From contig JAZBOO010000104.1 of NCBI GenBank assembly GCA_036351155.1, positions 1-41,259 of the forward strand: 41,259 nucleotides of DNA, in the 5' to 3' direction. The notes below the pieces were generated by a model. The model had not been told where the DNA came from. It did not search any database and was given only the letters and a program-made list of their open reading frames with translations. The DNA is from Candidatus Krumholzibacteriia bacterium (GTDB taxonomy: Bacteria > Krumholzibacteriota > Krumholzibacteriia > LZORAL124-64-63). Made by a program: the position numbers and the translations under genes. This document shows, in pieces, positions 7,455 to 16,959 of this stretch (its first letter is position 1; each line of letters starts with the position of its first letter).

Positions 7455-10286
7455 GTGAAGATCTTGAAAACTGAAATCCGTGCATCCCTCCCTGGTCTCG
7501 GTGTCCGCCGCCGGGCGCTGGTCGCGCTGGTCGCTGTGGTCTGCACCCTGACCGCCATGGGGCCCGCACTGGGGCCCGCCACCGGGCAAGCCATGGCCTT
7601 TGATGTCGCTTTCCCCGGTCCCGATCCCATCGGCAACCTGGGGACGGCCAGCTGTGCCTTGTCTGTCCTCTGGCCCGACACCGACAACGAGTATTTGATT
7701 GTCGGGGGAGAGAACGGATTTCTCAGTGTGGTGCGCCTCATTTCCGGCGAATCCAATTTCAACGTCCTGGACCGCCAGTACCTTGCCGGGAAGCTGACGG
7801 GGATGGTCCGCTGGGAGAATCCCGGGGCCGGTATCCGGGGATTGGTCGTGGTCAGCTCGGATCCGGACCGGGTGGTCTTCGTGGAAATCCGGGATGCGAC
7901 ACCCTACCTGGTGGTGACCCAGACGGTGGTCTTGCCCGAAGATCCCGGCTCGCTGGCTTTTGTGGGCCCATCTGAACCGGGCGGAACGGCCCTGGCCGTT
8001 TCCTTGCCTGGTATTGACCAGGTCGCGGTCTTGACCCCCGTGGAGGGGGAGTGGGAGATCAGCCAGGTCCTGGACGCCGGCGATCGTCCCACCTCACTGG
8101 TGGGGCTGGATCTGGACAATGACGGAGTGCGGGAAATCATTTCTGCCGATCAGGGAATCCTCTCGGGAGCCCTGGGACATTTCAAGCAGGATCAGGACGG
8201 TCTTTTCTTCCGGGAAGGGCAATGGACCATACCGGGGCGTCCTCTGGTTCTGGACACCGTCGATCTGGATGGGGATGGCCGCCCCGAACTGGCTGTCAGC
8301 CTGGCCGATTCCGCCGAGGTGATCTTGCTGGAGGCCGTCGATGGGGCACTGGTGGAGGAAAGTCGACTGTCGCTGACTTTGCCGGGGCAGTCCCTGCATC
8401 TGACCCCCCTGGCCGATGGCCGCACCGCCCTGTTTTCTGCTGCGGGGACCCGCGGGCTGGTGGAGTTCCAGATCCGGGACAACGGCCAGTGGCAGGCGGT
8501 CAAGAATTACTACCCGGGGTGCCGGCCCCGGCAGCTGACCACCGGCGATTTCAATGGTGATGGCCGGCCCGACCTGGTCAGCCTGGGAGATGATCAACTG
8601 CCCACCTCGGTCATGTTCGCCCTGAGCGATGGCACCTATCAAGGTTTTCCCGCCCTGGCGATGAACCGGGTTCCGGGGTCATCCACTCTGGCGGATTTCA
8701 ACGGGGACGGCATTGACGATCTGGTGGTGGCCGGATCCGACCAGCCTGTACTCAGCTTCTTCGCGGGGCAACCTGATGGAGGACTGGCCCGCTCGTCCCT
8801 GGACCAGAATCTGGGATTCCTGTCCGGAGCCGTGGTGGCCATCGACGCCGGCGCCAGCCCCGGACCTGAACTGGCCCTGCTGGATCTCTTCACCGGGCAA
8901 TTGCGGATTCTGGACTACGACCCGGACGAGGGTTTCTCCCCGTGGCAAAGCCGCATTCTTTTGCCTTTCCCTCAGGAATTGCAGACCACCGATCTCGATG
9001 GTGATGGACACGCGGACCTGTTCATGGCTCGCAACAGCGCCCAGGATTTGCTGGTGACCTTCGGTGATGGAGAGGGGAATTTCACGGGTGATGTGGAGCT
9101 GGCCATGCCCACCGGGGCTCGAAAAGTCCTGGCTCTGGACCTCAATGCCGACCAGAGGCCCGATCTGGTGGCAGCCGATGGCAGCAGCCGGGTCTATGTC
9201 CGGCTGAATCTCGACGGCCGGACGTTCGGGCCGGCCTCCTGGGTCCTGGCCGGGTCCGGGGCCCGGCAACTGGCGGCCGGGGATCTGGATGGAGACCTGG
9301 ACCTTGATGTGGTGGTGGGCAACGAAACCGATGAAAGTTTGACCTTCCTTGAGAACAATGGGCAGGGTGGATTGACCCGGAGAATCGGCAATCATGTCCT
9401 CGGGGCCAGGCCTCTGGGGCTGTTCTGTGCCGACATGAACAAGAGTGGGGACACCGACGTGGTGGTGAACCTGGGAGAGGAAGGGCAAGTGGGGCTGGTC
9501 CTCGGCCTGGGGAACTGGACCTACGGGTCGGCGATCCGGTTCAGCGGAGGCACCACCATCAGCAGTTTCCGCCAGGGTGATTTCAACCTGGATGGTTTTC
9601 CGGACGTCCTGAATTTCGACAGCAACCTGCGGTTGGGCTTGACCCTGCTGAATGTGGATCCTTCCAGCGTGGCCGTCGATCCCCAGGCCCTCGGAGCCAC
9701 CTGCACTGCCGAGGGCTTGACGGTGGTGGTGCACCCGGACCGTCCCGGGCCCTGGGATCTTTCCCTGTGGTGGAATGAGGCCTGGCGTTCGCTGGTTTCC
9801 TCGGGAGTGGCCGAACAGGGCCGGCTGGACTTTGCGGGAGGGCAATGGGTGCTTCGGGTCAGCTGGTCCGAGATTCGCGCAGCCTGGGGGGAAACCCGGA
9901 CTGCGGCTGCCCGACTGAAGTTGACCCTGGGTGCTCCGGAATCTGCGGAGTCTCTGGAATGGAATCTGGGGACCGATTGTCTGGACTCCGTGTCCGAGGG
10001 TATTCCCTCGCCCCTGCGCTGGGATGCCGAGCCGTGGCCCAATCCCTTCAATCCACGGGTGCAGTCGCGGATTTTCCTGGATCAGCCAGGACGGGTGACC
10101 GCCGGGGTCTTTGACCTGGCAGGGCGCCGGGTGGCGATCCTGCTCGACGAGGAAAAAACCGCGGGCTCTCATCTGCTGGCCTGGGATGGGAAGTCCAGGG
10201 GAAGGCCGGTGGCGGGAGGCGTCTATTTCCTCAATATCCGGGCTGGTGGGACGGCCTTGTCGAAGAAAATCATCTTGCTCAAATAG
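7455..10286 (+). CDS. FG-GAP/VCBS repeat secreted protein with C-terminal FlgD-Ig / T9SS type-A-like sorting domain
   Basis: Many D-L/F-D/N-GDG-x-x-D/E-L repeats; C-terminus PNPFNP...VFDLAGRRV...WDG...GVYF...KIILLK; exact start uncertain (GTG 7455 or a later ATG). Confidence 0.82.
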   Translation: MKILKTEIRASLPGLGVRRRALVALVAVVCTLTAMGPALGPATGQAMAFDVAFPGPDPIGNLGTASCALSVLWPDTDNEYLIVGGENGFLSVVRLISGESNFNVLDRQYLAGKLTGMVRWENPGAGIRGLVVVSSDPDRVVFVEIRDATPYLVVTQTVVLPEDPGSLAFVGPSEPGGTALAVSLPGIDQVAVLTPVEGEWEISQVLDAGDRPTSLVGLDLDNDGVREIISADQGILSGALGHFKQDQDGLFFREGQWTIPGRPLVLDTVDLDGDGRPELAVSLADSAEVILLEAVDGALVEESRLSLTLPGQSLHLTPLADGRTALFSAAGTRGLVEFQIRDNGQWQAVKNYYPGCRPRQLTTGDFNGDGRPDLVSLGDDQLPTSVMFALSDGTYQGFPALAMNRVPGSSTLADFNGDGIDDLVVAGSDQPVLSFFAGQPDGGLARSSLDQNLGFLSGAVVAIDAGASPGPELALLDLFTGQLRILDYDPDEGFSPWQSRILLPFPQELQTTDLDGDGHADLFMARNSAQDLLVTFGDGEGNFTGDVELAMPTGARKVLALDLNADQRPDLVAADGSSRVYVRLNLDGRTFGPASWVLAGSGARQLAAGDLDGDLDLDVVVGNETDESLTFLENNGQGGLTRRIGNHVLGARPLGLFCADMNKSGDTDVVVNLGEEGQVGLVLGLGNWTYGSAIRFSGGTTISSFRQGDFNLDGFPDVLNFDSNLRLGLTLLNVDPSSVAVDPQALGATCTAEGLTVVVHPDRPGPWDLSLWWNEAWRSLVSSGVAEQGRLDFAGGQWVLRVSWSEIRAAWGETRTAAARLKLTLGAPESAESLEWNLGTDCLDSVSEGIPSPLRWDAEPWPNPFNPRVQSRIFLDQPGRVTAGVFDLAGRRVAILLDEEKTAGSHLLAWDGKSRGRPVAGGVYFLNIRAGGTALSKKIILLK

Positions 10287-10295
10287 TCCCCCGGC

Positions 10296-11231
10296 TCACG
10301 GGGCCGGGGGCGTCAGCTCCCTCACTTCTTCGATCAACTGGACATGGAACTTGTCGGCGACGGCCTGGGCCATGCGGTCGGCCAGGGTGCGGATCTGGGC
10401 ACTGGTGGCCTGTCCGGCGTTGATGATCATGTTCGCGTGCCGGGAAAAGACCTGGGCATCGCCCTCCCTCATGTCCTTGGCTCCGGCGAGTTCCAGCAAC
10501 TGGCCGGCCGCCCGTCGGCGACCGCCCGGCGTTTCCGCAGGCAAGTTGCGGAACCAGCTGCCGGCACTGGGAATATTCACCGGATGCTTGGTCAGTCGGT
10601 CCTGAAGCTTTTCCTGCCGCTGGGCCCTGGCCTGTTCCAGGTTTCCCCGCTGCAGTCGGAGGGTGGCCGCCAGCAGAAAATCGCCGGTTTCCCGGAGATT
10701 GGTGGTGCGGTAGGCAAAACCGAAGGCATCGGGGCCCACCGTGTCCAGGGTGCCATCCCGGCGCAAGATGACCGCCTCTTCCAGGAACTCGCCGATCTCG
10801 TGCCCGTAACAGCCGGCATTGCCCACCAGGGCTCCCCCCAGGGTGCCGGGAATGCCCGAGGCGAACTCAAGACCCGTCAATTCCTGATCCAGACACTTCG
10901 CGATGAGGCGGTCAAAATCCCAGCCGGCCCCGGCGGTGATGGTGTCACCCTTGATGGCGAAATCCTCGGTGGCGATCCGGAGGATGACCCCCGGGTAGCC
11001 GCCGTCAGGGGCCAGCACATTGCTCCCGGCGCCCAGAATGTAACAGGGGGCCGCGATTTCGTGACAAATATCCTGGAACCGGCGGGCCTGCTCGATGGTA
11101 CCAATTCGACAGACCACACCTGCGGGCCCCCCGACATTGAGAGTTGTCAGCTGAGCGAGGGGGTGAGCAGCCGTGACCAGGCCCTGGAGTGCCGTGGGGC
11201 ACCGCCTCAGGAATTCTTTGGGATCGAACAA
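10296..11231 (-). CDS. murB: UDP-N-acetylenolpyruvoylglucosamine reductase
   Basis: VGGPA, LGAGSNVL, GLEFASGIPGTLGGA, NAGCYG, SAGSWFRN, HANMIIN, terminal EV motif. Confidence 0.95.
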   Translation of the reverse strand: MFDPKEFLRRCPTALQGLVTAAHPLAQLTTLNVGGPAGVVCRIGTIEQARRFQDICHEIAAPCYILGAGSNVLAPDGGYPGVILRIATEDFAIKGDTITAGAGWDFDRLIAKCLDQELTGLEFASGIPGTLGGALVGNAGCYGHEIGEFLEEAVILRRDGTLDTVGPDAFGFAYRTTNLRETGDFLLAATLRLQRGNLEQARAQRQEKLQDRLTKHPVNIPSAGSWFRNLPAETPGGRRRAAGQLLELAGAKDMREGDAQVFSRHANMIINAGQATSAQIRTLADRMAQAVADKFHVQLIEEVRELTPPAP

Positions 11232-11365
11232 GCGGACCTCCCGGGAAAGTGACCATAAAAGAGGCTTGGCGAGATTCCGTCAAGCCGGGTTGGCAATCAA
11301 GAGCCCAACCGGGTAGATTGGTGCCATATCTTTGTCCCGGTTTTTCCCCCGGAAAGTAGCGTGAC

Positions 11366-12400
11366 TTGAAAGAGAAGCGGTTTCTCGGACTGGCCTACCT
11401 GGCTTCCCTGGTGTTGCACCTGGTGCTCATCGGTGTGGTCATGTGGGTCCCCATGCCTGCCGAGCAGGGGCGGGCTCGGGCCGAGGAACCGGAAATCCTG
11501 GTCACGCTTTTGCCCGACGAGGAGTTTCCCGAAGATCCCAGCTCCGAGATGCCTACCCGGTACACATCCATCCCCGATCGGCAGGCCACCGAAACGCCTC
11601 CTGATGACCCGGAGTTCCTGAGCTTGCACCACAGCCAGGCGGCGGACAACACCGAAGGTGGCGACGGCAACAGCCCCACGGCCGAGGAAACCTGGATTGC
11701 GCCTCAGGTGGCCATCCAGAAGGAGGAGCTGAGTGGGGCCGAAGGAGTCCAGTATGCTCCCCAGCCCTTGCCGGAAACCCGCAGCGGCCGCAGTGCCCAG
11801 GAAACAGGGCAGGGTGGTCAGGACGACAAGAAGGTGGAATCGCCCGTCCAGGAAGGGGCCGGACAGTGGGCCTTGCCCGGCCCGGCCACGGCTCGTGGCC
11901 AGGACACGGAGAAGGATCAGCAGGACCAGGAAAAGGCCGACCAGCCCAATCTCGAGGACTGGTGGGGCGGAGAATCGCCCTCCATCCTCAAGGAAGGGGA
12001 TCAGGGAGCGGTGGGCGACCGGGGCTTCGATTTCAACCAGAAGGCCCGGGGCAGCGTGGGGTCCGGAGTGGCCATTGACGGCGATTTCAGCCTCAACACC
12101 TACGAATGGAACTATGCGCCGTGGATGCGGCGTTTCGAGAACGAACTGCACCGGCACTGGGTGGCCCCCTATGCCTATCGCCTGGGTGTGATCAGCGGCA
12201 AGACCCTGATCAAGATCGTCATCGAGAAGGACGGCCGGCCCAGCGTCATGGAAATCGTGGAAACGGATGGGCATCAATCACTGCACGATGCCTCGCTGGC
12301 AGCCTTGAAGGCCTTTGCGCCCTATGCGCCCTTGCCGGCCCATTTCCCTGAAGAGAATCTTGTGATCACCCTGGGTCTGCACTATCCTGCGTGGCGTTGA
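11366..12400 (+). CDS. TonB/TolA-like energy transducer
   Basis: N-terminal TM helix with S-x3-H (SLVLH), long acidic Pro-rich linker, C-terminal TonB_2-like domain (W...I.KDG...APLP); TTG start. Confidence 0.75.
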   Translation: MKEKRFLGLAYLASLVLHLVLIGVVMWVPMPAEQGRARAEEPEILVTLLPDEEFPEDPSSEMPTRYTSIPDRQATETPPDDPEFLSLHHSQAADNTEGGDGNSPTAEETWIAPQVAIQKEELSGAEGVQYAPQPLPETRSGRSAQETGQGGQDDKKVESPVQEGAGQWALPGPATARGQDTEKDQQDQEKADQPNLEDWWGGESPSILKEGDQGAVGDRGFDFNQKARGSVGSGVAIDGDFSLNTYEWNYAPWMRRFENELHRHWVAPYAYRLGVISGKTLIKIVIEKDGRPSVMEIVETDGHQSLHDASLAALKAFAPYAPLPAHFPEENLVITLGLHYPAWR

Positions 12401-12463
12401 GCTGCTGCTCGACCCACGGGACTGCTGTCCCGTTGTCTTGTTTTACGGAGGTATCGAGAGTCC

Positions 12464-13093
12464 ATGTGGGAAATGATCCTGGCCGGCCGTTACATGATGA
12501 TCCCGATCGCCATTGCCTCCTTTGTCGGGTTGGCAGTGATCATTGAAAGATGGATGGTCCTGCGCAAGGGCAGCATCATCTATCCGGAAATTGCCGAGGC
12601 GGTGGAAACCCTGCCGGCCAGCCCCAGCCTGTCGGTGGCGTACGCCATCTGCGAGCGTCGGCCCGGTCCCTTCGCCAATGTGGTGACGGCGGGACTGGAT
12701 CACGCCGACAACGACTGGACCATCATTCGCGATGTTCTGGAAGAAGCCGGGCGGCAGGAAGCCACCCGCCTGACCCGTCGGCTGGGGGTGCTGGAAACCG
12801 TGGCCGCCGTGTCGCCCCTCCTGGGATTGCTGGGCACGGTGATCGGCATGATCCGGGTGTTCGGCTCGGTTTCCCAGACGGGCCTCAATAATCCTGAAGT
12901 GCTGTCCGCAGGAATCAGCGAGGCCATGGTGACCACGGCGGCCGGGCTGATCATCGGCATTCCGGCCCTGGTGGCCTACAACTGGTTGAACGGTCGGGCC
13001 GACCGTATCATCTTTGACCTGGAATACTATTCTTCGAAGGTGCTCGATACGTTGCGTCGGCGTCAGGCGGCAAGCCCCGGGGCGGCCGAATGA
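12464..13093 (+). CDS. exbB: MotA/TolQ/ExbB proton channel protein
   Basis: SPLLGLLGTVIGMI and GISEAMVTTAAGLIIGIPA motifs; GGAGG RBS. Confidence 0.9.
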   Translation: MWEMILAGRYMMIPIAIASFVGLAVIIERWMVLRKGSIIYPEIAEAVETLPASPSLSVAYAICERRPGPFANVVTAGLDHADNDWTIIRDVLEEAGRQEATRLTRRLGVLETVAAVSPLLGLLGTVIGMIRVFGSVSQTGLNNPEVLSAGISEAMVTTAAGLIIGIPALVAYNWLNGRADRIIFDLEYYSSKVLDTLRRRQAASPGAAE

Positions 13094-13500
13094 AGTTTCG
13101 CCCCGAAAAGAAGAGCCGCGGCCTGATCATCAACGTCACCTCGCTGATCGACGTGATGTTCCTGCTGTTGATCTTTTTCATGGTGACCTCCACCTTCAAG
13201 AACCAGCCGGCCATCAACCTGGTGCTGCCCCGGTCGAGCACCGCCACCGAAACGGTGGAAACGCCGGTCATTCTCTACCTGACCAACGCCGGCCAGGTGT
13301 ACCTGAACGATACCCTGATGGAGCCCGAGGCCCTGGCCCGGGAACTGGAACGGCTGCACACCTCGACCGGCGACGACCGCATGGTCATGAGTGCCGACCA
13401 GGATGCCGACCACGGCGATGTGGTTCATTTGATCGACACCATCAAGCAGAGCGGTTTCACGCGCGTCAGTATTTCCGCCCGAAAGGCGGGCAACCCGTGA
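13090..13500 (+). CDS. exbD: ExbD/TolR biopolymer transport protein
   Basis: NVTSLIDVMFLLLIFFMVT with the conserved Asp; ADQDA-HG motif; ATGA overlap with exbB. Confidence 0.92.
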   Translation: MKFRPEKKSRGLIINVTSLIDVMFLLLIFFMVTSTFKNQPAINLVLPRSSTATETVETPVILYLTNAGQVYLNDTLMEPEALARELERLHTSTGDDRMVMSADQDADHGDVVHLIDTIKQSGFTRVSISARKAGNP

Positions 13501-14879
13501 CCTCAAGGAGCGATGACTTGCGCAACAGCGTTGATAGGAAAACGAGGGATGGCGCCTGGCGTCCCGGGGCCCTGGGGCTTCTGACGGTTCTGTGGCTGGG
13601 CCTGTTCCTCTGGGGATGCAGCAGCGACGATTCGAGCCTGGTCGGATCCCGCCTGGTGGATACGACCATCGACACCTCGCTGCAGACCCTGCAGGCCACG
13701 TCGGTGACCCAGTACGAGGGACTGACCATCGACGATGAGGATGTTCCGGTGACCCAGCAGGAAATGCTGTACCTCGGAAGTCAGGGAGGCACGTCCTCGT
13801 CCATCCTGGTCAACTTCGATTTCAGCGAGGTCTATTCGGACTCGTTTCCGCCGGAGGCCTTCACCGCCGAGAACATCCGGACGGTGAAGCTCCAGATGAT
13901 CATGGCGGATTATTACATCCCGCTTTTCGACGAGGGAACCCAGGGCCAGAAGGCGCTGTCCAAGGTGTACGAGGTCTACTCGCTGGAGGCGCCCTTCGAC
14001 ACCACGGCCTACCCCGGCCCGGTGCCGGCCTACGACCCGGTCAATCTCAATGTCGATCCCATCCCTGACGAGGCGGGTGAGGTGCGGATCGATATCCAGG
14101 AGCCTTTCTTCCTCAGCTGGGTGGCCAGCCAGGGAGTGCAAGGCTTGCTGGTCCAGGAGGGGTCGGGCTCGGCCCAGGGATTCTCGGGCTTTGCCTCGCG
14201 TGACAACTCGCACATGGGCAGCCAGTTCCTGGACCTGGGCGAGGGAACCACTCAGGGCCCCGCTCTGGTGATCCAGTTTGCCCAGCCGGACAGCGTGCTT
14301 TCAATAAAACCGATGGCCGACACCTCAACCTTCCATGAAATCGCCACCGCGCCGGCCACGGCTGATGACGGCTTTTTCCTGCGCACCTGCCTGCGTTCGT
14401 ATCCGGTGTTCGATTTCGATCTGGGCAGCTTGCCCGAAGACATCTACATCAACCGGGCTGTGCTCTATGTGGTCAATGATACCACCAGCAGCTTCGGGAA
14501 CCTGGAGTCGGTGGTGATCTCGGAATTCGATCTGGATAACCTGAACCCGGGTCCGGATGGCTTGCCTCTGGATGACCTGGAGGATTCGGTGTACCGGATC
14601 AGCGGCATGACCAGTCTGGATCCCACCTACAACCACGTCATGCAGTTCAACGTGACCCAGGCCGTGCAGAGGATGATCAACAACGTGTACGACAACGAAC
14701 GCGGCCTGATCCTGACGGCGGGTGAGGACTTCTTTCCCAACTACGACCTGTCCAGCGTGGACCCGGATTTCTACTTCACGCAGTTCAACTTCTTCGGGCT
14801 CGCGGCGCCCGATTCTCTCCGACCACAGTTGCGCATCACCTACAGCGGACTGGATGAAATTTCTGGAGGTGGGCGATGA
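13497..14879 (+). CDS. Acidic lipoprotein of unknown function (possibly DUF4270-like)
   Basis: GTG overlapping the exbD stop (alternative TTG 13518 after AAGGAG); hydrophobic signal with lipobox LWGC followed by SSDD; C-terminal RPQLRITYS; family assignment is tentative. Confidence 0.7.
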   Translation: MTSRSDDLRNSVDRKTRDGAWRPGALGLLTVLWLGLFLWGCSSDDSSLVGSRLVDTTIDTSLQTLQATSVTQYEGLTIDDEDVPVTQQEMLYLGSQGGTSSSILVNFDFSEVYSDSFPPEAFTAENIRTVKLQMIMADYYIPLFDEGTQGQKALSKVYEVYSLEAPFDTTAYPGPVPAYDPVNLNVDPIPDEAGEVRIDIQEPFFLSWVASQGVQGLLVQEGSGSAQGFSGFASRDNSHMGSQFLDLGEGTTQGPALVIQFAQPDSVLSIKPMADTSTFHEIATAPATADDGFFLRTCLRSYPVFDFDLGSLPEDIYINRAVLYVVNDTTSSFGNLESVVISEFDLDNLNPGPDGLPLDDLEDSVYRISGMTSLDPTYNHVMQFNVTQAVQRMINNVYDNERGLILTAGEDFFPNYDLSSVDPDFYFTQFNFFGLAAPDSLRPQLRITYSGLDEISGGGR

Positions 14880-16123
14880 ATCAGCACCTGATGAACAGGG
14901 CGCTTCCGATCTGGATCGTGCTGCTGCTGGTGATGGCCCCGATGGCCCAGATGGCCATGGCCCAGACGCCTTTTGCCGTGACCAACCTGGGGCAGAGAAT
15001 CGATCCCGAGGATGCCCGGATGGTGGGCCGGGGAGGATGGGGCATGGCCGTCTCCGATTCCCTGAATCCCGGCTTCAAGAACCTGGCGGGCCTGACCGCC
15101 CTGCAGCAGGTGGCCATCAAGTTCACCGGCTACGGTGACCACGTCGGGTCCAAGGACGACCAGGCCGAGCGCACCACCAACCGCACCATTTCGCCGGACA
15201 TCCGGGTGGGCTTGCCCATCATCAAGGGCAAGCTGGCTTTTTCCACCGGGATGGAAGTGTACCGGTCGAACCAGTTCAAAACCTTCGCCGAGAACATCTG
15301 GTACGCCTGGGACGACACCCTGACGGGCAACGAGCAGTTCCTGCGTGAGGGAACCATGTGGCAAGTCCCCCTGGGCCTGTCGTGGGAAGTGAGGCCCGGG
15401 ATCGCTGTCGGAGCCGCGCTGGGAATGGTCAATGGAACCATTCGCGAGTCGGTGGTCCAGGAATTCATCACTCCGAACAACGGGGCCAGCAGCAACCCGG
15501 CTCCCCTGTACGTGGCCAACGGCCGGGTGCAGGAGGACGAGTTCCAGGGAACGGCCTGGACCTGGTCGGTCCTGGTTTCTCCCCATGATCGATTGAAAGT
15601 CGGGGCCAGCTGGCGGGCCGCCCACGATCTGGACGTGGATCGCAAGATCACCCTGGCCGGTGTGGCCGAGCGGTACAGCTCCACCTGGACCTACCGTCTG
15701 CCCGATGAGTACCGTCTGGGCTTTGACCTGCGTCTGGCCTCGCGCTGGCGGCTGGGCGCCGACTACCAGATGATGAACTTCGACACCGGTCATGGGCGGG
15801 ACGACTGGCAGGACGCCCTGACCGACGAGTACACGTTCAACGCGGGGCTGGAGCGATCCCAGGGGTTTGTCCGGCGGGGCGGCTGGAGTAATCTGCCCCT
15901 GAGGCTGGGCATGCAGCATCGGCAGTGGGGCTACGAAGTGGGGGGCCAGCCGGTGAAGGAGACCTTCTACAGCGTGGGCACCGGTTTCCCTTTCCGTCAG
16001 AATCTGGGACAGGTGGATGTGGCCCTCAGTTACGGCAAGATCGGCAGCCTGGCCGACAACGGGGTGGAAAGCGATGTCTGGCGCTTCACCATGTCCATCA
16101 CCGGTCTGGAAAAGTGGTGGTAA
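14876..16123 (+). CDS. FadL/TodX/PorV-like outer-membrane beta-barrel
   Basis: Signal peptide, N-terminal hatch-like segment (ARMVGRGG-G-A, NP--LAG), alternating strands, LPLRLG, C-terminus EKWW; ATGA overlap with the previous gene. Confidence 0.7.
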   Translation: MNQHLMNRALPIWIVLLLVMAPMAQMAMAQTPFAVTNLGQRIDPEDARMVGRGGWGMAVSDSLNPGFKNLAGLTALQQVAIKFTGYGDHVGSKDDQAERTTNRTISPDIRVGLPIIKGKLAFSTGMEVYRSNQFKTFAENIWYAWDDTLTGNEQFLREGTMWQVPLGLSWEVRPGIAVGAALGMVNGTIRESVVQEFITPNNGASSNPAPLYVANGRVQEDEFQGTAWTWSVLVSPHDRLKVGASWRAAHDLDVDRKITLAGVAERYSSTWTYRLPDEYRLGFDLRLASRWRLGADYQMMNFDTGHGRDDWQDALTDEYTFNAGLERSQGFVRRGGWSNLPLRLGMQHRQWGYEVGGQPVKETFYSVGTGFPFRQNLGQVDVALSYGKIGSLADNGVESDVWRFTMSITGLEKWW

Positions 16124-16203
16124 GAACAGGGGATTCCCCCGGGGCCCGGAATTTGATATGATTGACCCTTGTGGTTTCGTTTTCAACGGCAGGAGATATC
16201 ACC

Positions 16204-16959
16204 ATGCGCAGGTTCGGTTCGTGGATGTTGACAGTGGTTCTGATGGCTCTGGCTCTGACGGCGGTGGGTTGCAAGGAGGGCGTTCCCCAGACGGCCCTCG
16301 ACCTGTTCATCGAGAAGGTGTCCAGCCTGGAGGCGGACCAGCAAGAAGAGACCCTGCGCAAACTGGCGGGCGAGGGTAATCCCGAGGCCCCCTTTGCCAA
16401 CTACATGATCGGCAACAATTTCTACACCGAAGCCGGCGCCCTGGCGATGGAAAGCGGCTGGAACGGCGTGGAAGTCAATGCCAGCCTGGACAGTGCTGAG
16501 TTTTACTTCACGCGCGCGCTGGCCCAGGACTCCACCTTCCTGGAGGCCATGGTCAACCTGGGTTCCCTCTGGGATGACCGGTCGGATCAGATGGGCAGTC
16601 GGGAGGACCGGAAAAACCGGAACGACAAGGCTGAATATTTCTACAACATGGCGCTGAAGCAGGATCCCCTGGACGAAAAGGCCCGCTGCAACCTGGGGGC
16701 TCTTTACCTGCGCCAGCGGCGGACCGCCGATGCCTTGCAGGAGTTCCAGACCGTGCTGGACAACAATCCTCGCAGCAGCCTGGCGCACTACAACCTGGCC
16801 ATCATGTTTGCCGAGCAGAAGATCTACCGGGAAGCCATCCGCGAATGGGAAATGGCCGTCAAGTTCGATCCCGAGGGAGATATCGGCGAGCGGTCCCGCG
16901 ACAACATCAAGATCGTCAAGGACCTGATGAACGCCCCGGCTCCCGACCAGGTGAAATGA
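16204..16959 (+). CDS. TPR-repeat lipoprotein
   Basis: ATG 16204 after AGGAGA; lipobox AVGC; TPR motifs (AMVNLG, ARCNLGALY, AHYNLA...A...W..A.K.DP). Confidence 0.82.
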   Translation: MRRFGSWMLTVVLMALALTAVGCKEGVPQTALDLFIEKVSSLEADQQEETLRKLAGEGNPEAPFANYMIGNNFYTEAGALAMESGWNGVEVNASLDSAEFYFTRALAQDSTFLEAMVNLGSLWDDRSDQMGSREDRKNRNDKAEYFYNMALKQDPLDEKARCNLGALYLRQRRTADALQEFQTVLDNNPRSSLAHYNLAIMFAEQKIYREAIREWEMAVKFDPEGDIGERSRDNIKIVKDLMNAPAPDQVK

